64,000 nt of DNA from Spirochaetia bacterium (GTDB taxonomy: Bacteria; Spirochaetota; Spirochaetia; WTKD01; G963693115). This document shows positions 41,277-50,800 of this stretch, in pieces (within the stretch, counting starts at the first letter, position 1; each line of letters opens with the position of its first letter). The position numbers were made by a program, and so were the translations under genes. Below the pieces are notes generated by a model. It did not search any database and was not told the origin of the DNA. It worked only from the letters and a program-made list of their open reading frames with translations. The stretch is from positions 224,001-288,000 of the forward strand of contig CBDDCA010000006.1 of the NCBI GenBank assembly GCA_965226055.1. Direction: 5' to 3'.

Positions 41277-42797
41277 CTAATTTTCATGTTGCATATGACC
41301 AGTAGCATATAACATAATTTTTTCCTGTGTAATATCTTGTTTTTCTAATATACCTGATACTTCTCCCGAACACATTACCAATACTCTATCACTCATCCCA
41401 ACAATTTCACTTAAATCTGAAGATACCATTATGATAGAAAGCCCAGTATCAGTTAAAGAAGTAATAAGATCGTATATTTCACGTCTTGCTCCAACATCAA
41501 TACCTCTTGTAGGCTCATCAAAAATCAAAACATCGCATTGCGTACACAACCACCGAGCAATAATCACTTTTTGCTGATTTCCTCCACTTAAATAGCGTAC
41601 AATCTGAGTTAAAGAAGGAGTTTTTATACGTAAAGAATCTACAAATTCTGTACAATGCTCTCTTGCAATATTTTTGTTAATGATCCCTATCTTTTTAGAA
41701 TGTTCCTTTATGGTAGCAAGGATTATGTTTTCTTGTACATTGAGATTAAGAGCAAGTCCATTTTTTTTCCTATCTTCAGTCAGATATCCAATACCATGCC
41801 TTATTGCATCACGCGGAGTATTGATAGCAACTTCTTTAGAATGAACAAATACTTTACCACTATCCTTCGGATCTGCACCAAAGATAGCTCTCATTAACTC
41901 AGTACGACCAGCTCCCACTAAACCAGACACTCCTAGTATTTCTCCCTTACACAAAGAGAACGATATATTCTTTAAGTCAGGATTACGCTGTATATTTTCT
42001 ACACGCAAAATTTCCTCTCCTCTATGAGGATGCCTCGTAGGAAACATATCAGTAAGCTCTCTTCCTACCATAAGATGTATAAGATGTTCAGTAGTAGTAT
42101 CCGCATAGTGCAAAGTATCAATATACTGACCATCTCGAAATACAGTTACTCTGTCCGCAATTTCTTCCAGCTCCTTCAATTTATGAGAGATAAAAATAAT
42201 TCCTTTTCCTTGCTCTTTTAGTCTACGTACTGTACTAAACAATACTTCTGTTTCTGCTTCACTTAATGTTGCTGTTGGCTCATCCATAATGAGAATATCA
42301 CAAGACACTGAGATAGCTTTAGCAATCTCTACCATTTGCTGTTCTGCAACACTTAAAGTACTTACTTTTGCATATACATCAATACTATAATTAAGTAACT
42401 GCAATATTCTATTTGCTTCTTCATTTAATTTTTTCTCATTAAGCACATACCGAGCATAGCGTGGTTCTCTCCCAATAAATATATTTTGTGCAACAGTAAG
42501 ATGGGAGAAAAGATTGAATTCTTGATGAATAATACTAATACCAATTTCCTGTGCTACATGAGGATTAAGCACTTCAATTTTCTTACCACGATATATAATA
42601 TCTCCTTTATCTGGTTGATATACTCCAGTAAGAATTTTCATAAGAGTAGATTTGCCTGCCCCATTTTCACCTAAAATAGCATGTACTTCCCCTGCCTTTA
42701 CATCTAAAGACACATTTTGCAACGCCTTTACTCCAGGAAAAAATTTAGATACATCTTGTACCTTCAACAGCATATCGCTTTTATTTTGTGCCATCAT
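41277..42797 (-). CDS. Monosaccharide ABC transporter ATP-binding protein (RbsA-like, two NBDs)
   Basis: GENGAGKST, MDEPT, LSGGNQQK, DEPTRGIDVGA. Confidence 0.96.
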   Translation of the reverse strand: MMAQNKSDMLLKVQDVSKFFPGVKALQNVSLDVKAGEVHAILGENGAGKSTLMKILTGVYQPDKGDIIYRGKKIEVLNPHVAQEIGISIIHQEFNLFSHLTVAQNIFIGREPRYARYVLNEKKLNEEANRILQLLNYSIDVYAKVSTLSVAEQQMVEIAKAISVSCDILIMDEPTATLSEAETEVLFSTVRRLKEQGKGIIFISHKLKELEEIADRVTVFRDGQYIDTLHYADTTTEHLIHLMVGRELTDMFPTRHPHRGEEILRVENIQRNPDLKNISFSLCKGEILGVSGLVGAGRTELMRAIFGADPKDSGKVFVHSKEVAINTPRDAIRHGIGYLTEDRKKNGLALNLNVQENIILATIKEHSKKIGIINKNIAREHCTEFVDSLRIKTPSLTQIVRYLSGGNQQKVIIARWLCTQCDVLIFDEPTRGIDVGARREIYDLITSLTDTGLSIIMVSSDLSEIVGMSDRVLVMCSGEVSGILEKQDITQEKIMLYATGHMQHEN

Positions 42798-42899
42798 TCA
42801 TACCTACATACATTATCTCAAGAATACTAAATGAATTACTCTTTTTACAATGTTTTAATATAAAAATGCACTGCAAAACAAAGAATATCCTTCCTAATA

Positions 42900-43892
42900 C
42901 TATTTACTTGTGTATTTTATAGAAACCCATATCCGAAACGAACTACTTTTTCCGTTATATTTACCACTTCCTTGAAAGCTAATTGTATACAATTTCTGTA
43001 ATAGCTTCCCTTTTGCTTTACCACTTATTGTACCAGAGCTAGTATCAAAACCTAATCCTGTCTCATCGTTAATATCAGGAGAAATAGCATAGCGACCAGA
43101 TATATCACTGGGATTTGCATCAAAACTCACCGATATATCAGTATCTTTGTCAGCAATAGCCATAATGAACGGTAAGCCATTATACGGTTCTATGGTAACA
43201 GCATCATTCCCGCTTGGAGTAAATACATAGCTCCAGCCAGGAAGTTTTACACTCGTAACACCTGAATTATCAAATATACCTTCTACTCTAATAGTATCTT
43301 GTATATCCCATTCCTCTAAATCATGCTTAAACCCAGTGGCTCCCTTAAACATATTAATCATATTATTGATAGTATTGTTTACTTTCCACGTTGATATATC
43401 TTGATTAAACTGTGTCGCTCCTGCAAACATACTGTTCATATTTTTCACTTTCTCTACTTTCCACACTGATATGTCTTGATCAAACTGTGTTGCTCCTGCA
43501 AACATACCACTCATATCGGTAACATTACTGACATTCCAGCTTGATATATCTCCATTAAAATGAGTATTTCCCTTAAACATATTGCTCATATCGGTAACAT
43601 TACTGACATTCCAGCTCGATATATCTCCATTAAAATTAGCTAAATCTCCATCACTACTAAATAAACCACTCAAATCTGTCATATTACTTATATCTATATT
43701 TGAGAGATCTGTTTCCCATCCATGAAATGAAACTTCACGTTTTATATTATTAGCTAGTACTTGTTTATCCGATGGATGATAGACAAAAGACAAGTCTGTA
43801 GATTCCTGACTACAACTAAAAAGCAGTAGCAATCCCATTCCTATCATCCATAGAAAATAATACTTATATGCTTGAGCATTACATTGTCTCAT
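42900..43892 (-). CDS. DUF285 (BspA-like) lipoprotein with one Ig-like domain
   Basis: LLLFS-C lipobox, FNGDISSWNVSNVTDMS repeats, GLGFDTSSGTISG. Confidence 0.88.
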   Translation of the reverse strand: MRQCNAQAYKYYFLWMIGMGLLLLFSCSQESTDLSFVYHPSDKQVLANNIKREVSFHGWETDLSNIDISNMTDLSGLFSSDGDLANFNGDISSWNVSNVTDMSNMFKGNTHFNGDISSWNVSNVTDMSGMFAGATQFDQDISVWKVEKVKNMNSMFAGATQFNQDISTWKVNNTINNMINMFKGATGFKHDLEEWDIQDTIRVEGIFDNSGVTSVKLPGWSYVFTPSGNDAVTIEPYNGLPFIMAIADKDTDISVSFDANPSDISGRYAISPDINDETGLGFDTSSGTISGKAKGKLLQKLYTISFQGSGKYNGKSSSFRIWVSIKYTSK

Positions 43893-44030
43893 AACTATTA
43901 CACCAAATATACATTGATTACTACAGCTTGTACTTTAACTATAATTATTTTTACTAAATCTTACAGAGTAAAAAAACAATATGCTATTATTATACACTAT
44001 ATTAAAAAAATATGCAAAAATAGGTAATAA

Positions 44031-44135
44031 GTTGCCACGAGTTCAAGTATTAAATGTGACAAAGGAGCAAAAAAAGCGAAAATATAAAAAATACTGAATG
44101 TATCTCTTGCCTTTATTTCTTGAATTTGTAGCAGC
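44031..44135. repeat. Most complete copy of a dispersed imperfect-palindrome element (MITE/REP-like)
   Basis: Arms GTTGCCACGAGTTCAAG and CTTGAATTTGTAGCAGC; related copies at 61117-61151, 22180-22208, 18904-18962, 20847-20880 and 13749-13768 (minus). Confidence 0.7.
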
Positions 44136-44180
44136 TATCTTTTCTGTATAACTGTGAGTAAGGTATTTTATAAGTGGCAA

Positions 44181-44786
44181 TTATATTCTACTGAATAAGA
44201 TACTGAACAAAATACCAAATCCTGACAACATGATAGTCATTTGAATTCCAAAAAACCAGTACATAATAGTACTGTTTGTTTTTATCGATTCTTTCATAGA
44301 TTTTATTTCTGTTGTCAAATTTTCCCGTACACTATTTATTTCTGTTGTCAAATTTTCCCGTACACTGCTTATCTCTGTTGTTAAGTTCTCCCGTATGCTG
44401 TTTATTTCTGTTGTTAAGTTCTCCCGTACACTGTTTATTTCTGTTGTTAATTTCTTCTCTACACTGTTTATTTCTGTTGTCAAATTTTCCCGTACACTGC
44501 TTATCTCTGTTGTCAAATTCTCTCGTACGCTGTTTATTTCTGTTGTCAAATTTTCCCGTACACTATTTATTTCTATTGTCAAATTTTCCCGTACACTGCT
44601 TATCTCTGCTGTTAAGTTCTCCCGTACACTGCTTATCTCTGCTGTTAAGTTCTCCCGTACGCTGTTTATTTCTGTTGTTAATTTCTTCTCTACACTGTTT
44701 ATTTTTTCTAATAAAAAATCATATTGTGTAATTGGAGTTGCAAGCATTCCATCTTCATTTGTAATTTTCTCTTGTACTGCTCTCAT
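44181..44786 (-). CDS. Bdr-like protein: 11-aa (hendecad) repeat coiled coil with C-terminal membrane anchor
   Basis: 12 repeats of EINSVRENLTT/KINSVEKKLTT followed by hydrophobic MYWFFGIQMTIMLSGFGILFSILF. Confidence 0.8.
   Translation of the reverse strand: MRAVQEKITNEDGMLATPITQYDFLLEKINSVEKKLTTEINSVRENLTAEISSVRENLTAEISSVRENLTIEINSVRENLTTEINSVRENLTTEISSVRENLTTEINSVEKKLTTEINSVRENLTTEINSIRENLTTEISSVRENLTTEINSVRENLTTEIKSMKESIKTNSTIMYWFFGIQMTIMLSGFGILFSILFSRI
44310..44705. repeat. Twelve 33-bp tandem repeats
   Basis: Recurrent TTTATTTCTGTTGTCAAATTTTCCCGTACAC-type unit. Confidence 0.9.
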
Positions 44787-44854
44787 AATTTTATTATATC
44801 ATATTATTATCATTGAGTAAGTATGTAATCATTTGTAAGGTTGCAAATAAACAA

Positions 44855-47800
44855 CTAGCGACAATTCCCCGCTGGAAGACACCATCCAGGCAAGTTTTTT
44901 ACAGCTGTACCCTTAAACATATCTGTTTTTATCACACTGTTTGCTACATTCCAGTTACTCAAATTCTGATTAAAAACACTAGCATCAGCAAACATACTGC
45001 TCATATCGGTAACATTACTTACATTCCAATTCCCTATATCTTGATTAAAAACATCAGCATCATAAAACATATACCTCATATTGGCAACATTACTTACATT
45101 CCAATTCCCTATATCCTGATTAAAAGCTTCAGCATCATAAAACATACTGTTCATATTGGTAACTTTACCTACATTCCATTTTGATATATCTCCATTGAAA
45201 AATTCTGTTTGATTAAACATATTGCTCATATCGGTAACTTTACTTACATTCCATAACGATACATCTCCATTAAAGTATTGTTTATCATAAAATAGCCCTC
45301 CCATGTCTGTTATGTTACTTGTATCTATCATGTTTAAGTTAGGGGCAAATCCTTGTGCTTTTATCTCTGCTTCTATGGCTTCCTCTAACTTTTTTTTGTT
45401 TTGAGGAGTGTACTTGTATTCTATCGTAACTGATATTGTTTTTGATCTACTGGCATCAGTATATGTATGTATTGCTTTCCCATCGCTCTTTTTACTGGTA
45501 AACTCTATAGTATAGGTCTTTGAAGCTGCTTTGGTAGGAGTACCTGATATCTTCCCAGTATCAGCATCAAAGCTCAACCCTGTATCTGCTGTTATATCCG
45601 GACTTATACTAAAAATTCCTGCTATAGCGGGTGTTTTAGTAAGTGTTACTTCTTTATCTTTCGTTAATGGTACTCCTACATATGCCTTTACACTACCTCC
45701 TATACTAGCTCTACTTGCACTTATATTAAAATACCATGTAGGGAGTATTACTACAGCTGTATGCTCAAACATATTTGTTTTACTCACAGTTTTATCCACA
45801 TTCCATGTTTCAAGTTCTTTATTAAATACACTTGCTCCCTTAAACATATTGCTCATATCGGTAACTTTACTGACATTCCACCCTGTTATATCTTGATTAA
45901 ACTTACTTGCATTAATAAACATACTACGCATATCGGTAACTTTACTGACATTCCACCCTGTTATATCTTGATTAAACTCACTTGCCTTAAAAAACATACT
46001 GCTCATATTGGTAACGCTACTGACATTCCATCTTGATATATTTCCATTAAAATTAACTTCACTGGAAAATAGACTACTCATATCTTTTATTTTACTTGTA
46101 TCTATCATAGTGAGATCGGGGGTATTTCCTTGTACAGTTATCTCTGTATTTATAGCCTGCTGTAATTCTGCTTTATTATTAGGAATATGCTTATACTCTT
46201 TAATAGTAACTAACACTTTTATAGTCCGCCTATCATCAATATATTTATGTATGAGTGTTTTATCAGCCTCTTCACTTCTAAACTGTATGGTATACTCAGT
46301 CTGTGAAGTTACTGTGGTGGGAGTACCTGATATTATGCCAGTACTAGTATCAAAGTTCAACCCTGTATTTGTTGTTATATTTGGACTTATACTAAAACTC
46401 CCTGTTATAACGGGCGTTTTGGTAAGTATTATTTTTTGACTGTCTAGGAGTGATAAATCTCTATAGACACTTATAGTAGTACTATTTGCACTTATACTAA
46501 AATACCATGTAGGCAACTTTTTTACTGCTGAAGCAAGAAACATATCTGTTTTTGTCACACCGCTATCTACATTCCAACTTTCAAGATCTTGGTTAAATGC
46601 ATTTGCGTTATTAAACATAAAAAACATATTCGTAACACTACTGACATTCCAATTTGATATATCCCCATTAAATTTTTGTGCTCCTGCAAATATACTGCTC
46701 ATATTGGTAACTTTACTTACATCCCATTTCGATACATTTCCATTAAAATGATCTTTACTGGAAAATATATTACTCATATCTGTTATAGCACTCGTATCTA
46801 TTATGTTTAGATTAGCGGTATTTCCTTGTGCATTTATCTCATCATCTACAGCCTTCTGTAATTCTGTTTTATCACTGGGCGTATACTTATACTGACTTAT
46901 AGTTACATGTATCTCTATTGTCCGATCAGTATATGTATGTATTGTTTTCCCATTCTTTTCACTGGTAAACTGTATAGTATACTTAGTTTGTGAAGCTAAT
47001 ATAGTGGGAGTACCCGATATTGAGCCAGTGTTAGTATCAAAGTTCAACCCTGTATTTGTTGTTATATTTGGACTTATACTAAAACTCCCTGTTACATTAG
47101 ACGTTTTAGTGAGTGTTATTGTTTCAGTGTTACTTAGCGATAAATCTTTGTATCCAGTTATAGTAGTTCTGTTTGCATTTATACTAAAATACCATGTAGG
47201 CAACTTCTTTACTACTGTACTTTCAAACATATTTGTTTTTATTACACTGCTTTTTACATTCCAGTTTTCCAGATTTGCACTAAACTTTGATGCAAAATTG
47301 AACATAGTTTCCATATTTGTAACTTTACTTACAGTCCAATTTTTTATATCTTGGTTAAAGCTTTGTGCAGATAGAAACATAGCTCTCATATTTATAACTT
47401 TACTTACAGTCCAATTTTTTATATCTTGGTTAAAGGCATGTGCTCCAGCAAATAAACTCTCCATATTTGTAACAGCACTTACATTCCATCCTGATATATC
47501 TCCATTAAATTTATTCGCATTCAAAAACATATTGCTCATATTTGTAACTTTACTTACATTCCATTTTGATATATCTCCATTGAAATTAGCTTTATCCTCA
47601 AATAGATTACTCATATCTGTTATAACACTTGTGTCTATTATGTTGAGATTAGCAGTATCTCCTTGTGCAGCTATCTCATCATCTACAGCTTTCTGTAACT
47701 CTGTTTTATTACTAGGAGTATGCTTATAACTTGTGGTAACTGATATTTTTATTGTTCTATCAGTATATTTATGTGTCGCTGGATTACCTTTACTATCAGT

Positions 47801-50800
47801 AAAGCTACTGGTAAACTCTATAGTATAATCAGTCTTTGAAGCTGCTTTAGTAGGAGTTCCTGATATTGTGCCAGTGCTAGTATTAAAATCTAACCCTGTA
47901 TTTACTGTTATATCTGGACTTATACTAAAACTTCCTGTTATATCAGGCGTTTTGGTAAAAGTTATTTCTTTATTTTTTGCAAGTGGAACATTTACATATG
48001 TATTTATACTACGATTACTTGCACTTATATTAAAATACCATGTAGGCAACTTTGCTACTGCGGTATTCTTAAACATATCTGTTTTTGTCACACCACTTGC
48101 TACATTCCAGCTTTCAAGATCTTTTTCAAATGCATTTGCTCCACTGAGCATACTACTCATATTGGTGACAGCATTTACATCCCATTCGGATATATCTCCA
48201 TTGAAAGTAATATTATCCTTAAATAGATCACTCATATCTGTTATTTTACTTGTATCTATTATGTTGAGATTAGCTTCGTTTCCTTGTACATTTATCTCTG
48301 TAGTTATAGCTTGCTTTAATTCTGTTTTATTATTAGGAGTATGCTTATACCTACGTATCTCTACCGATATTTTTATTGTCCTATCAGTATCAATATATTT
48401 ATGTATTACTGTTCCATCTGTCTTTTTACTTGTAAACTGTATGGTATATTCAGTCTTTGAGATTGCTGTAAGAGGAGTACCCGATATTTTACCAGTGCTA
48501 GGATCAAAATCTAAACCTGTATTTTTTGCTATATCTGGACTAACGCTAAAACTTCCTGTTATATTAGGTGTTTTGGTAAGGGTTATTTCTTTATCTGTTG
48601 CTAATGGTATGTTTTTATATGCAATTATCTTATTATCACTTGCACTTATGCTAAAATACCATGTAGGCAACTTTGCTACTGCGGTATTCTTAAATATATC
48701 TGTTTTTGTCACAGTCCCATCGCTTGCTACATTCCAATCTTCCAGATCTTGGTTAAATTTTGTCGCTCCCAAGAACATCTTGCCTATATCGGTAACGCTA
48801 CTTATATTCCAGCTTGATATATCTTGATTAAACGCTGCCGCTGACGAAAACATCTGATGCATATTCGTAACTTTTCCTACCTTCCAATTTGATATATCTT
48901 TATTAAAAATGGTTGCTCCCGAAAACATAGCTGTCATATTTGTAACTTTTCTTACATCCCAGCCCGACATATTGCTATTAAAATTTGCTGCTCCTAAAAA
49001 CATTCGATTCATATCCGTAACTGCCCCTACATTCCACCCCGATATATCTTTATTGAAACTGGTTGCTCCCGAAAACATATTCCCCATATCATTCACATTT
49101 TGTACCTTCCAATTTGATATATCTTGATTAAAACTTGTCGCATTCCAAAACATACCATTCATGTTAGTAACACTTTGTACCTTCCAGTTTGATATATCTT
49201 GATTAAAACTACCTGCATAATAAAACATACTGCTCATATCAATAACATTACTTACATTCCAACCAGAAATATCCCCATTAAATGCAGCAGCTTGATTAAA
49301 CATATGACTCATATCAGTAACATTACTTACATCCCACTCAGATATTTTACCATTAAAAGTAGTATTACTATTAAATAATCCACTCATATCATCAATCTTA
49401 CTAGTATCAATTATATTTAAGTCAGCAGTATTTCCTTGTAATCCTATCTCAGTATTTATATTGTTTATTAATTCTAATTTACCAGTAGGAGTATACTTAT
49501 GCCCTATAGTAACTGTTATCGTTATTGTCCTATCAGTATAGGCATATATTGTTTTCCCATTCTTTTCACTGGTAAACTGTATGGTGTAAGGAGTTTTTGA
49601 AGCTACCTTTGTAGGAGTACCCGATATTGTCCCAGAGCTAGAATCAAAACTCAAGCCTGTATTTGTTGTGATACTTGGACTTATACTAAAACTTCCTGCT
49701 ATACTAGGTGTTTTGGTAACTTTTATTTCTTCACTTGCTCCTAATTTTATACGTGCTTGCCCTGTCAGAGCAGACTTATTTGCACTTATACTAAAATACC
49801 ATGTAGGTAACTTTGCTACTGCGGTATTCTTAAACATATCTGTTTTTGTCACAGTCCCATCGCTTGCCACCTTCCAGCTTTCAAGATCTTTGTCAAATGC
49901 ACTTGCTCCTAAAAACATGCTACTCATATCAGCAACCTTGCTTACATTCCATCCCGATACATTTTGATTGAAACTTGTTGCTCCTGAAAACATATTACTC
50001 ATATCGGTAACGCTACTTACATCCCATCCCGATATATCTCCATTGAAATTAGCTTTATTCTCAAATATATTACTCATATCTGTTATATTACTTGTATTTA
50101 TTATGTTTAAGTTAGCAGTATTTCCTTGTACTTCTATCTCCTTTTTTATGTTTTCCAATAACTCTGTTTTGTTGTTAGGAGTATAAAGATAAGTATTTAT
50201 TGCTACTGATAGAGTGATGGATCTAGTATCGACATAAGTATATGTCGCTGGATTACCTGAGCTATCAGTAAAGCTACTGGTAAACTGTATGGTGTAAGAA
50301 GTTTGTGAAGCTGCCTCGGTAGGAGTACCCGATATTGTGCCAGTTCTAGTATCAAAATCTAACCCTGTATTTGCTTTGATATCTGGACTTATACTGAAAC
50401 TTCCTGCTATAAGGGGTGTCCTTGTCAGTATTATATCTGTTATTGGTACTTTTACTCCCTCATGTATACTATTGCTGCTTGCGCTTATACTAAAATACCA
50501 TGTAGGTAATTTTGCTACTGCAGTATTCGTAAACATATTTGTTTTTGTCTTAAGGCTTGCTATATTCCAGTTTTCAATATCTCCATTAAATTTTATCGCC
50601 CCACTCAACATATTTTCCATATCAGTGACTTTACTTACATTCCACTCGGATATATTTCCATTGAAAGTAGTGTTATCCTTAAATAGATCACTCATATCTG
50701 TTATGTTACTTGTATCTATTATGTTGAGATTAGCAGTATTTCCTTGTGCATTTATCTCTGTAGTTATAGCTTGCTTTAATTCTGCTATATTATTGGGAGT

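Noticed and set aside
44031-44135. Integron attC interpretation of the palindromic element
   Set aside because: No RYYYAAC/GTTRRRY ends, inconsistent orientation relative to genes and no integrase in the window; kept only as an unclassified repeat
44310-44705. 33-bp periodic repeats resembling a CRISPR array
   Set aside because: Contiguous in-frame coding repeats with no unique spacers and no cas genes
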